Below, in pieces: positions 20,586 to 30,779 of a stretch of 61,734 nt of DNA. Below the pieces are notes generated by a model, which made no database searches, was not told the DNA's origin, and was given only the letters and a program-made list of their open reading frames with translations. A program made the position numbers and the translations under genes. Position 1 is the first letter of the stretch, and each line of letters begins with the position of its first letter. The stretch spans positions 1-61,734 of the forward strand of contig JAJSAJ010000012.1 in NCBI GenBank assembly GCA_024274855.1, read 5' to 3'. Source of the stretch: Planctomycetota bacterium (GTDB lineage: Bacteria; Planctomycetota; Planctomycetia; Pirellulales; Pirellulaceae).

Positions 20586-20980
20586 TTATTAGAACACATT
20601 TCACAATCGGGCTTGGCAGGTCGCATACGCCGACTGTCTCGTCCCCAGAACAGCTTTGAAATGCGTTCTCGTCTTTTCCTCAGTCGTGCGAGGGGGCCGT
20701 TTCTTACAAGAATTCTCGGGATATTTCCAAAACCGGGCCTTTTCCCGGAACGAGATCTGGATTGTGACATTCGTCGAACGCCAGGGCTCACGTGCCTTGC
20801 GCCTTCCGGAATCCATTAACGTGGCATACCAATCCGTCAGCGTCTTACGAGTGGAATGATTGCGGACGGCTTCCGCAATGAAACACGCCCCGTGCACGCC
20901 AGAGTGATCCATCTGAGTGGGCGTTGGGAGTACCGTGCCCAACACGTGGGTCTTGCAACGTCGGCACGTACCGAGACCGC

Positions 20981-22108
20981 TCAACAAGCGTCTTCCTTCA
21001 ACCGCCGCTGCAGAACGGAATCTGGCAGACGTATGACGGTTGCGCGTTTGATGCGATTGTGGACCGGCTCGTCCTCTTCATCCCGGGCCGGCCGAAACGT
21101 AAATGCGACCACATACATACCGAGTTCATAGGCGTCGGTTCGAATCACCGGTGGCCAAAACTGCTCCGCGTCCTTGGTCTGAAGCATCGCGGCAACACAA
21201 CGCGATGCGCGACCAGTAAAGCCACCAATGACCATCTCCAGGCTGCGCCGGATCTTGTCGAACCGAAAGTAGACCAATCCGGCATCTCGATTTGATTCGT
21301 ACGGAAGGTATTCCCATTGCCCCGTTTCCGTCTCGAAATACATACCAGGCTTGGCCTTTCGATCACCGGCAGACAGATGCCGTCCTCCCCAACAACTGAG
21401 CGGCTTATCATCCGTTTTGCGATAGATCATAACGCAAGGACAGCTACGGCGCACCGGTTCGGTAAAATCGTCTTCCGAGCGGAAAGGGACGGCGTTAACG
21501 AATGGAAATGCAATCACAGGCTCGCTCAACGGATTGCTTTTTACGCTGCCCAGGCAAATCGTGGCATTCCGCGAGGACTTCTCGCGAAAGTGCTCGATCT
21601 TGACGATGGCGTCCTTTTTCAATTCATCGCACGTCTTCGTCTTGGCACACCAAGTCGGCGTCAACCGAGGATCGATCTTCGGGATGGGACGCTGTTTGCG
21701 TGCCCGTTTCCTCCTGCTCTCGTCCGAAGCCAGCGTCGTGATTCGATTGACGACAGCCGCATGTAGCAACGAGTCCGCGGCAGCAACCAGATGATCGCAT
21801 CGTCTCGCATCCCAGCGCGTACCCATCGATATCTCTACATGTTGACAGGATCGGGCCATTGACCAGAATCGATCCGGTTTGACAACGAACAAGGCTCCCG
21901 GTAGCTCGGCTTCCAAGACCCTCTCGGTTTGCACCAGGTATTTACAGACGTTTTCCAGAGCATGACGATTAATCTGCTTGGAGCTCCGGTCCAACAGATG
22001 CATCAGTTGATGGCGAGTAATCCCAATTTCTTTCGCCAGGTGGCTGATCGATGGCGCGTCGGCGGCTTGGAGCCCGAGCAAATGAAACAGACGTAGTTGG
22101 ATTCTCAT
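20981..22108 (-). CDS. Hypothetical protein with N-terminal XRE-like helix-turn-helix
   Basis: SISHLAKEIGITRHQLMHLLDRSSKQIN is an HTH pattern. GGAG lies 8 nt upstream of the ATG at 22108. The remaining ~300 aa are unrecognised. Confidence 0.5.
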   Translation of the reverse strand: MRIQLRLFHLLGLQAADAPSISHLAKEIGITRHQLMHLLDRSSKQINRHALENVCKYLVQTERVLEAELPGALFVVKPDRFWSMARSCQHVEISMGTRWDARRCDHLVAAADSLLHAAVVNRITTLASDESRRKRARKQRPIPKIDPRLTPTWCAKTKTCDELKKDAIVKIEHFREKSSRNATICLGSVKSNPLSEPVIAFPFVNAVPFRSEDDFTEPVRRSCPCVMIYRKTDDKPLSCWGGRHLSAGDRKAKPGMYFETETGQWEYLPYESNRDAGLVYFRFDKIRRSLEMVIGGFTGRASRCVAAMLQTKDAEQFWPPVIRTDAYELGMYVVAFTFRPARDEEDEPVHNRIKRATVIRLPDSVLQRRLKEDAC

Positions 22109-22136
22109 AAGAACAACTCCCGGCTGGGCAGGCCAT

Positions 22137-23459
22137 TCATTTCCCGGCACGACGTTTTTCGGGCAGCGATGCGAAATGCTTGTCTGCAAAGTCTAAGTAT
22201 TGCTGCCAATCGTAGCGAGTCAAGTCATGCTTGCCGCTTCGAATATGGTAACCGATGGTCCCGGCAACCGGACGATCGACCGGCTGCATCCGTTTGACCG
22301 GCAACCCAGGCGCACCTAGCAGATGATAGACCGGATTCGCCGCCAAAGCGGAGAGGAACTCGCCCCGCGGATCCGCCCACCGGTCCTCCTTGGCACTGGC
22401 GATATAGACGGGGCGAGGGGCAACCAGTGCAACGAGCATGTGCTGGTCGACCGGCAATGCTTGTTCATTGTCGTTGAACTGCTTGAAGTTGCCACAAAAC
22501 CAGTGTGGAAACACGGTGTTGATCCGTTTGACTGTTTCGCCGAAATGCCGCCTGCTAAGCGCGGCACCACCACATCCCGAGTCGTTCGAAATGACCAGCG
22601 CGAATCGTGCGTCACGGGCTCCCGCCCAAAGAGCCGTCTTGCCTAGACGCGAATGGCCCAAGACAGCAACGCGACGCGGATCCACGTCCGGATCCTGCTC
22701 GAAATAGTCCAACGCACGGCTCAAACCCCAGGCCCAGGCACTGATCGAACCCCACTGGTCAGGCTCAGGACGCGACTGGCCCTTCTTGTAACTCAACGGA
22801 TGCACGCCATTCTGAAAACCATCATCGAAATCCGGATCGATATCGCCGTAGTAGATCGTGGCCAACCCATAACCACGACTCAGAATCAATTCGATCGGCC
22901 AACGACTGGCCGCACTACCACGAGTCTTCCGCGTCGCCCGATGATCGATATAGCCGCGATCCGGTTTATTGCGCATCCATCGTGACGAGAGTCGGATGGC
23001 GGGATCCAAATGCACTGCCTGATTACCTCCAAAGTTCAGGCCGACAAACAAGGGCACCGGCTTTGACGTACCTTTCGGAAGATAGATCAAGATATCCATC
23101 GACGACTCGTGCTGGTGGCTCGTCAAGGAAACCGTAATCTGCTTGCGAATGGCCTTGCCAGCAAGTGCATTAACATCCCGATCAAACTCGCGATACGTCA
23201 CCTTCTCCGGAGGGCCTGGACAGCGACCATAGACCCATGTTTGAAACAAACGCAAGATCTCGGGCCGCCGCGATTCGATCCATGCCTGAGCGTCTCGGAT
23301 CGGCTTACCGTCCTGGCTGACCAGCGGATCCGGAAGGGTAAACTCGGGGACGTTCTGCTCGTCGTAGTTGGCTCCCGCCGGCTGTGCATCAACGGGATCG
23401 GCAACCAACGCCACCAATGCCCATACCAAGACCAAGACTACCTGTCGAGACTTCTTCAT
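22137..23459 (-). CDS. Secreted glucuronoyl esterase-like (CE15-type) alpha/beta hydrolase
   Basis: Signal peptide [34 protein letters not shown] nucleophile motif and overall CE15-like layout. Confidence 0.7.
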   Translation of the reverse strand: MKKSRQVVLVLVWALVALVADPVDAQPAGANYDEQNVPEFTLPDPLVSQDGKPIRDAQAWIESRRPEILRLFQTWVYGRCPGPPEKVTYREFDRDVNALAGKAIRKQITVSLTSHQHESSMDILIYLPKGTSKPVPLFVGLNFGGNQAVHLDPAIRLSSRWMRNKPDRGYIDHRATRKTRGSAASRWPIELILSRGYGLATIYYGDIDPDFDDGFQNGVHPLSYKKGQSRPEPDQWGSISAWAWGLSRALDYFEQDPDVDPRRVAVLGHSRLGKTALWAGARDARFALVISNDSGCGGAALSRRHFGETVKRINTVFPHWFCGNFKQFNDNEQALPVDQHMLVALVAPRPVYIASAKEDRWADPRGEFLSALAANPVYHLLGAPGLPVKRMQPVDRPVAGTIGYHIRSGKHDLTRYDWQQYLDFADKHFASLPEKRRAGK

Positions 23460-23661
23460 CGTGACGGCTCCTAACGCGGGCTGCGCCCGCAAGGCTGTAG
23501 GGTCTACGGTACAAACCTTCTTCACAAGCATGCGCACACCGTGCCTGCATGTCACAACCTGAGACTCCCAGTTAAAAGACGTGCCGGCCGACCGTCTCCG
23601 AGAAACACCACGCCGAAGACAATTCCAATTGGCTCGAGACTCCATCGCTTTCCTAGTCTTC

Positions 23662-24999
23662 TCATTGGCCAGATTGATTCGTTTCTTTTTTCGGAAGAAC
23701 TCTCTGCAGGATAATGAACCCGATCGCGCCGGCAACCAACGACGCTGCCAAAACCCCCAGTTTAGCTTGTCCGACAATCGCCGCCTCTGAAAACGCCAGG
23801 CTGCTGACAAAAAGCGACATGGTAAACCCGACGCCGCCCAGACAACTGACACCCCATACATGTTTCCACGAAACACCGGCGGGTAACTCCGCAAAGCCCG
23901 TTCGGATCGCCAGCCAGCTGAAGCCGAGCACGCCGATCTGCTTGCCGATCACCAGACCGAAGACGACGCCAATTCCGACAGAAATGGGACCGGTCGCCAT
24001 GCTGCCAAGATCGACCGCCACACCGGCATTGAACAAGGCAAACAGTGGCAGGATCAAGAACGACGAGACCGGGTGTAAATGATGCTCTAAACTGATACCA
24101 GCCGGCCTCATGTCCTCAGCGGCAACGTAGATATCCTCGAGTGCTTCCAGCTGTTGATGGTCGGTAACCATGCTTTCCCGAGTCAATCGGCTACTGGCCA
24201 ATTGATCCAACCGGTCTCGGCAGCGAGTCAGAAAAGCGCGTGGCTCCAACGTAGCGCGGACGGGAATCAGTAATGCAATCAGCGTACCGGCAACGGTCGT
24301 GTGGACACCAGACGCGAGAATCGCCGCCCAGACTCCAACACACAACAGCAAATAGATACTCGTTCTCCGAATCCCCAGGCGTCCCGCAAGGAGAATCAGA
24401 ACCATAAACACGGCCGCGATCACCAAGGCGCCAAAGACAATGGTTTCGGTGTAAAACAAGGCGATGACAACAACTGCGCCCAAGTCGTCCACGATCGCAA
24501 GGGCGGTGAGAAAGACCTTCAAGGAGACTGTAACGCGACTGCCGAACAACGACAGGATACCCAAGGCGAAGGCAATGTCAGTCGCCATCGGGATGCCCCA
24601 TCCTCGCGAACCGGGTCCACTTGGATTAAACGCCAGGAAAAGTAACGCCGGCGCCAACATCCCGCCCAACGCCGCACTGAACGGAAGCACGGCGTTCTTA
24701 AGCGATTAAAGTTCTCCCACCAGAATCTCTCGCTTGATCTCCAGACCAACGACAAAAAAGAAGATGGCCATCAAACCATCGTTAATCCAGTGATGCAACG
24801 ACAACTGAAAGGTTGAACCGCCCAAAGAAAACCCAAGCGTCGTGTGAAGCAGATCGTCGTAAGCGCCCTCCCAGGGCGAATTGGCCCAGGCTAATGCGAC
24901 GACCGCGCAGAGCAACAGCAAGATGCTGCCGGAAACTTCTGAGTGGAAGAACCGTTGGAACATACTCGGTAGACTGCCGGGTGTTTCTCGATCTAGCAT
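23662..24999 (-). CDS. nhaA: Na+/H+ antiporter NhaA, interrupted by an in-frame TAA at 24706-24708
   Basis: [56 protein letters not shown]...[15 protein letters not shown]. The two track ORFs are one frame. Confidence 0.8.
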
Positions 25000-25255
25000 T
25001 GCTGAACAACTCCATAGCGGAAAATTCGCGATCCGAGGCCGCACGGACAATCGACACAAACCGTTTGCCATACGATACCATTTTCGCGAGCCGCACGTCA
25101 TACGCCAGCACTGTCATTCACGCGATTCCATCATGCGGCAGCCAATCTATGTGCCCATAACGCCTATTCTTACACACCCTGCAGACCTCGCATGCATCGG
25201 GTATAATCTCCTTACCGTTTCGACTTTCGGGGTCCCAATCGCGGAGGTTTTTACA

Positions 25256-26221
25256 ATGCTCTGCCGGTTGTTTGCACGCGGATCCGTGTTACTGGTCGTT
25301 CTGACGACCGTGATCTGGAGCGGCGCGGCGTGGTGTTGGGCAGCGGAGGCCCCAACGACGTCGTGGAAAGCCGGGGTTGCCGCACACGTGATCACGCCCA
25401 AGACGCCGATGTGGATGGCCGGATATGCAGCTAGAAACAAGCCATCCGAGGGCAAGATCCACGATCTTTATGCGAAAGCCTTGGCGTTGGAAGATTCGCA
25501 AGGCTCTCAGCTGCTGATTGTTACACTCGACCTGGTCAGTATCCCACGGCCGTTGCACGATTCGCTCGTTACGCAAATCCAAAAACAATGGGGCATTTCG
25601 CCGGAACGTGTTGTCCTCGGAGCCTCGCACACCCATTGCGGACCCGAACTCCGTATGGGCAAGGCGGCCCTTTATGGTTTGCAACCGGAGCGTGTTCAGC
25701 AGGCACGACAATACATGGCCGAATTGAAACAGACCCTGTTGACACTCATTGGGCATGCAATCGAAACGAAGTGTCCGGTCGAGCTGAGTTACACGCATGG
25801 CCGAGCCGGCTTTGCCATGAACCGAAGACTGCCGACCGAAAATGGGATTCAGAACCGACCCTATCCCAACGGACCGGTCGACCACGATGTTCCAGTGCTC
25901 TGCATCGATGGACCGACGCACCAGCTGAAAGCCGTGCTGTTTGGCTACGCGTGCCATGCCACAACGCTCGGCTTCTACCAGTTTTGTGGTGACTACCCAG
26001 GTTTCGCCCAGCAATACCTCGAGCAGGCACATCCTGGATCGGTCGCGTTATTCCTGGCCGGATGCGGAGGTGATCAGAACCCCCAGCCACGTCGCACATT
26101 GGACTTGGCCGAGCAACATGGCCGGGCTCTGGCAAACGGCGTGGAAGCAGCCGGAAACTCAAAAAGTCGATCTAGTCGGCTGACACAATCTTTCCAGATC
26201 TTGCCAGCACCCGCCCCCTAA
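25256..26221 (+). CDS. Neutral/alkaline ceramidase-like N-terminal domain protein (secreted)
   Basis: HVITPKTPMWMAGYAARNKPSEGKIHDLYAKAL...LGASHTHCGPE pattern. GGAGG lies 7 nt upstream of the ATG at 25256. Confidence 0.65.
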   Translation: MLCRLFARGSVLLVVLTTVIWSGAAWCWAAEAPTTSWKAGVAAHVITPKTPMWMAGYAARNKPSEGKIHDLYAKALALEDSQGSQLLIVTLDLVSIPRPLHDSLVTQIQKQWGISPERVVLGASHTHCGPELRMGKAALYGLQPERVQQARQYMAELKQTLLTLIGHAIETKCPVELSYTHGRAGFAMNRRLPTENGIQNRPYPNGPVDHDVPVLCIDGPTHQLKAVLFGYACHATTLGFYQFCGDYPGFAQQYLEQAHPGSVALFLAGCGGDQNPQPRRTLDLAEQHGRALANGVEAAGNSKSRSSRLTQSFQILPAPAP

Positions 26222-26279
26222 TTCAACCGGTTCCATTCGTCTCTAACCCACTTGACTTCGCATACCGAGGTACCTTCCG

Positions 26280-28685
26280 ATGGCACGCTTACCCCTGTCG
26301 CTTGCAGCCCTTGCATGCATGCTTCCATCGTCCCTGGTTCATGCCGAAGTATCGCTGGACGAAAGGCCTTCGGTGGCCGGTGAGTGGGGCTACCGGCCCG
26401 AGCAAGATGCGGCATCACAAGTCACGCCTCCTTCGTTTTGCTGGCGACCACAACGCGACATCACTTCATGGGAACTCGAGTGCACGGCCGTCTCAGGAAG
26501 TCCATTCCGCTATGTAGCCTCGGTGGAAGACACGAACGTGCACTGTCCACCGAAGGTTTTTCCACCTGGCTGCTATCAATGGCGGTATCGGGGGACGGAC
26601 CACCAGGGTCGGCCAACGCCTTGGAGTCGCATGCGGTCTTTTTCGATCAAAGCCGGGGCGAGCGAAATGCCGATGCCCGTTCGCTCGGAACTGCTCGCTC
26701 GTATTCCAACGCACCATCCGAGGTTATTTGTGCGGCCCGAACAGATGCCCCATTTGCGGCAACTGGCTCAAGGGCCGCTGAATGATTTGTTCCGCCAACT
26801 TGTCAAACAGTCGGATCAACTGGTAGCTAACCCGCCACCAACATCCGAGCCTCCGAAGTATCCGCCCGGAACCGTCCGCAATAGTGATGCGTGGAGGACG
26901 ATCTGGTGGGGCAATCGCACTTATACAACACGGGCACTCAACGGCGCCGCAACGCTGGCCTTCACCCGATTGCTCGGCGGCAAGGAAGAATATGGCCAAC
27001 TGGCCAAACGGATTCTCATGGACTGTGCCCAGTGGGACCCCAAGGGATCCACCGGTTACCGGTACAATGACGAAGCTGGAATGCCATACGCCTATTACTT
27101 TGCCCGCACCTATTCCTTTGTCCATGACCTACTCAGCGAGGACCAGCGACAACAGTGCCGACACGTTCTGCAAGTCCGAGGCGAGGAAATGTACCGGCAC
27201 TTGAATCCACGGCATCTTTGGAGACCCTATTCGAGCCACAGCAACCGAGCCTGGCACTTTCTGGGCGAAGTCGGGATCGCAATGCATGGCGAGATCGAGG
27301 AGGCCGACGATTGGATCTGGATGGCTATGAACGTCTTCTATAACGTCTATCCCGTTTGGTCTGATGAAGATGGAGGCTGGCACGAAGGTTACGTCTACTG
27401 GAACAGTTACATCAGTCGGTTCACATGGTGGGCGGATGTAATGCGGGCCGCGATGCGTATCAACGCCTACAATAAACCCTACTTCTCCCAATGCGGCTAT
27501 TTTCCAATGTATTTGTTACCACCCGGAAAAATCGGCGGCGGATTTGGAGATTTGAATGCGAAAGCTCGGTCCTCGGGAGCCGTCCCATTGGTCACGCAAT
27601 TGGCGGCCCAATCGGGCAACGAGTACTGGCAGTGGTATGTCGAACAGATGAAGGGCCCGAAGCCGACGACCGGCTACGTCGGGTTTATCCGCGGCGCGCT
27701 ACCGAAAGTCACCGCACGTTCGCCGGACGATCTTCCCACTTCTCGGATCTTTCGAGGTGTCGGCGTTGCCATGTTGAACACCACGATCAAAGATGCCAAT
27801 CAGGACGTTCAAGTTCTGTTCAAGAGCAGCCGTTTCGGCACGCAATCGCATGGCTATGATGCGAACAACTCATTCTTGATCTGGGCTTTCGGCCAGCGTC
27901 TGTTGATCCGCAGCGGATATCGAGACAGCTATGGCACGCCGCATCACAAAAACTGGATGTGGAGCACACGATCCGTCAATGATATCACCGTGGACGGCGA
28001 GAGCCAGATGCGTCATTCTGCAGCAGCTCGAGGCGATATTATTGCGTTCAAAACGACGCCAACAATTGACGTGGTTGTTGGCGAAGCAGGGGACACTTAC
28101 AGGGACAAACCGAATCAGCCGTCCCGTCTCGATCGATTAACGCGTTCCATCCTGTTTATCAAACCCGGCCTAATCGTCGTCTTCGACCAACTGGTCGCGA
28201 AACAGCCGGCCCGATTCCAGTACTGGCTGCACGCGACCAAGAAGTTCACCATTGCCGATCAACGCTCCATCAGACTCCAGGTCGGCGGTACGAAATGCAA
28301 CATCGCCTTCTTGGCTCCCGAAAGCCTGCAACTGACACAGACCAATGAGTATGACCCGAACCCGCGCCCACGCATTAAGCTGCGTGAGTGGCACTTAACC
28401 GCCGAAACCCCGATCAAGGCGAAACAAGTTGAATTCATCGCCGTCTACACACCACATCGAAAAACAGACTCTCCCCCGCCGACACCTCGGATAGAACGTG
28501 TCGACGGCGGATACGTCCTGACTGCCAAGTTGGCCGATGGTCAGGCAACACTGTTGCTTCCGCGCGGTCCGAACAGCACCATCTCGGCCAGTGGCATGAC
28601 CACACACGGACAAATCAAAATCCAACGTTGCGATGCGGCCGGCAACGTCAAACAGACGCTCACTGTTTCGGGAATCAACGAATAA
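26280..28685 (+). CDS. Heparinase II/III-like (DUF4962 + Hepar_II_III) polysaccharide-lyase family protein
   Basis: 801 aa with a signal peptide. Conserved stretches SHSNRAWHFLGEVGIA, GGWHEGYVYWN and FGTQSHGYDANNSF. Confidence 0.75.
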   Translation: MARLPLSLAALACMLPSSLVHAEVSLDERPSVAGEWGYRPEQDAASQVTPPSFCWRPQRDITSWELECTAVSGSPFRYVASVEDTNVHCPPKVFPPGCYQWRYRGTDHQGRPTPWSRMRSFSIKAGASEMPMPVRSELLARIPTHHPRLFVRPEQMPHLRQLAQGPLNDLFRQLVKQSDQLVANPPPTSEPPKYPPGTVRNSDAWRTIWWGNRTYTTRALNGAATLAFTRLLGGKEEYGQLAKRILMDCAQWDPKGSTGYRYNDEAGMPYAYYFARTYSFVHDLLSEDQRQQCRHVLQVRGEEMYRHLNPRHLWRPYSSHSNRAWHFLGEVGIAMHGEIEEADDWIWMAMNVFYNVYPVWSDEDGGWHEGYVYWNSYISRFTWWADVMRAAMRINAYNKPYFSQCGYFPMYLLPPGKIGGGFGDLNAKARSSGAVPLVTQLAAQSGNEYWQWYVEQMKGPKPTTGYVGFIRGALPKVTARSPDDLPTSRIFRGVGVAMLNTTIKDANQDVQVLFKSSRFGTQSHGYDANNSFLIWAFGQRLLIRSGYRDSYGTPHHKNWMWSTRSVNDITVDGESQMRHSAAARGDIIAFKTTPTIDVVVGEAGDTYRDKPNQPSRLDRLTRSILFIKPGLIVVFDQLVAKQPARFQYWLHATKKFTIADQRSIRLQVGGTKCNIAFLAPESLQLTQTNEYDPNPRPRIKLREWHLTAETPIKAKQVEFIAVYTPHRKTDSPPPTPRIERVDGGYVLTAKLADGQATLLLPRGPNSTISASGMTTHGQIKIQRCDAAGNVKQTLTVSGINE

Positions 28686-28898
28686 CGAAATCGATTGTCG
28701 CATGTCACGCTGAGTGTCGGCTGTGCACGGCCGCGACTCACTTCAGGCGAAACTGGTAAAGCGCTTTGGAACAGCCGGGGACCACACCTCACGACCGACT
28801 CGGCGTCCGAATCACCGGACTCCGAGTCAACACCCGCGAAGTTGATGGGGGCGCTTACCGAACCGAACCGGAGCGGGACGCGTATTTAAGAACAAATA

Positions 28899-28927
28899 TT
28901 GACGGGATTGCTCCGCCGACATAGTAT
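28899..28927 (+). promoter_or_regulatory. Sigma-70-like promoter candidate (TTGACG - 17 nt - TAGTAT)
   Basis: -35 at 28899-28904 and -10 at 28922-28927 with a 17-nt spacer, about 85 nt upstream of the ATG at 29010. Pattern match only. Confidence 0.3.
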
Positions 28928-29009
28928 GGCACATTAATGGCGTCTCCCGCGTTTGCCAAAGACGTTGCGGTATGGGAGTGGCGAGTCTTTTTGCGAAGCC
29001 AGGCACCCG

Positions 29010-29459
29010 ATGCGAAGTATCCATCAGCATTTGACTGCGATCTTGGCAATGGCCACTTATGGGGTGGCTGTCGGCAGCACGTGGTTTCACACATGCCTAG
29101 TCTGTTCGCCTGTCGCATCACCCGGTCACTTCGCAACGACGTGCCACAGCTGTTGCTTTGATCCATCGGACAACGTGCGATTGGCCGCAGGACTTGAGAC
29201 GCAGCCGCGTCATCCAGAAAAAGGCGATTCGCCTCTATCCAAACGCCAGCATGATGATGGGACATGTCTTCTCTGTCGGTTTCATTCTCAGAAGTCGCCA
29301 ACAATCACGGTCTTCATGCCGTCACTCGGTCTGGGCATTGTTCAGGCCATGGTCCGGCCCCCTCTCAGACAATGGGCCGAGCAACCACTGAGCGATCCCG
29401 ATTGCCGCTCGCCGCCAGTTGGCGTCCGGCTTGTCGCAGCTAGGGATCTTCGTAGCTGA
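29010..29459 (+). CDS. Hypothetical Cys/His-rich small membrane protein
   Basis: One predicted TM helix (LTAILAMATYGVAVGSTWF). CLVC, CHSCC and CLLC motifs. Same strand as, and upstream of, the DUF1559 gene. No family recognised. Confidence 0.3.
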   Translation: MRSIHQHLTAILAMATYGVAVGSTWFHTCLVCSPVASPGHFATTCHSCCFDPSDNVRLAAGLETQPRHPEKGDSPLSKRQHDDGTCLLCRFHSQKSPTITVFMPSLGLGIVQAMVRPPLRQWAEQPLSDPDCRSPPVGVRLVAARDLRS

Positions 29460-29694
29460 ACCTGCGACCGCTCAGATTGTTTGCTGCCGACGGTCGAACT
29501 CTTCCGAGTAAAGCCGCATGCGCAATTCTGGAGCGAGTTGCTGTCTCGTGAGAGCTCCAGGCTGTGCCTTGTGCGCACATTTCGGAATCGACGAAGCGGC
29601 GTTAGCTCGCCGTTTTCAAACGCTCGCCGGCACTCGGGCGGCCATCCTACCGCCCCGTCCATGACACGATCACCATTGTAAGGAACACGTCACA

Positions 29695-30597
29695 ATGACC
29701 AGAAGCCATAAAGCGTTTACATTGATCGAACTGCTTGTTGTAATAGCCATCATCGGCATTTTGGTGGCGTTGCTCTTGCCGGCAGTGCAAGCCGCGCGCG
29801 AGGCGGCGCGTCGCATGTCCTGCAGCAACAACATGAAGCAAATCGGAATCGCACTACAAATGTACCACGACGCCTTCCGCCAACTGCCCGCGGGCTGGCG
29901 GGGCAACGACCCGGCTACCGGCCAGCCGCACTGGTTTGGCCTCCCAGGCTGGGGCTGGGGCTCGGCAATTCTACCCTTTCTGGAGCAAGAGAACGTATCG
30001 GACGGCCTGGTCCATTCCGAGCGGCCGATCACCGATCCGGTCAACACCGCCGCGCGAACGGTCCATCTTCCAATCTATCGCTGTCCATCCGACATTGGTG
30101 ACGAGACGTTCGTTCTTCCTGGAGGTGGTATCTTTGTTGGTCCAGGCAGCTTCCAACCCCTGGAATTGGCCACCGGTAACTATGTGGGTGTGTTCGGAAC
30201 GGTCGACTTGCATCACGTCTGCATGAGCGGCAAGTGTGAAGGAAACGGGACGTTTTTCCTGAATCGCGGTCTGAATTTTTCCGAAATCAAGGATGGTCTG
30301 AGCAACACGATGATCGTGGGCGAACGGTCCTCGAAACTGGCCTATTCAACCTGGGTTGGGGTTGTGACAGGAGGTCAGCACGGTCCGGCACGTGTTGTCG
30401 GCGTCGCCGAGTCTCCACCGAACTCCAAGGCGAGTCCCGAACAGTACTTCCACAACTTCAGCAGTTGGCACCCGACCGGAACGCATTTTCTGTCAGCGGA
30501 TGGATCGGTGCACCTGGTTTCGGAGACAATCAACATGCAGGTCTATCACGCCCTATGCACGCGCAAAGGGCATGACATCATCACGGAAGCATATTAA
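29695..30597 (+). CDS. DUF1559 domain protein with type II secretion/prepilin-type N-terminal cleavage-methylation motif
   Basis: [52 protein letters not shown] is a hallmark Planctomycetota family signature. Confidence 0.9.
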   Translation: MTRSHKAFTLIELLVVIAIIGILVALLLPAVQAAREAARRMSCSNNMKQIGIALQMYHDAFRQLPAGWRGNDPATGQPHWFGLPGWGWGSAILPFLEQENVSDGLVHSERPITDPVNTAARTVHLPIYRCPSDIGDETFVLPGGGIFVGPGSFQPLELATGNYVGVFGTVDLHHVCMSGKCEGNGTFFLNRGLNFSEIKDGLSNTMIVGERSSKLAYSTWVGVVTGGQHGPARVVGVAESPPNSKASPEQYFHNFSSWHPTGTHFLSADGSVHLVSETINMQVYHALCTRKGHDIITEAY

Positions 30598-30655
30598 GGG
30601 CCGGCGAATCAATTGTTGTCGCGTTTACTGAGAGACATCGCGTCGGTCCCGGTCC

Positions 30656-30759
30656 CCCACGGGCTTGTCCTGTGGGAACCAAAGTCTCTCAAGCTACAGG
30701 GCAGCCGAGCGGTCCTCCATAGCTGCGAGGCTAATTCACCCATGGGACAAGCCCATGGG
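30656..30759. repeat. Pair of inverted ~21-nt hairpin-forming units between convergent genes
   Basis: The units are CCCACGGGCTTGTCCTGTGGG (30656-30676) and CCCATGGGACAAGCCCATGGG (30739-30759). The cores GGGCTTGTCC and GGACAAGCCC are reverse complements. The second unit forms an 8-bp stem 20 nt past the glgX stop. Confidence 0.4.
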
Positions 30760-30779
30760 GGTCTGTACACGGACAACCG

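Noticed and set aside
25256-26221. Possible C-terminal truncation of the ceramidase-like protein
   Set aside because: The ORF seems shorter than I would expect for this family. Neither alternative frame continues with recognisable sequence, and I cannot verify typical lengths without a database.
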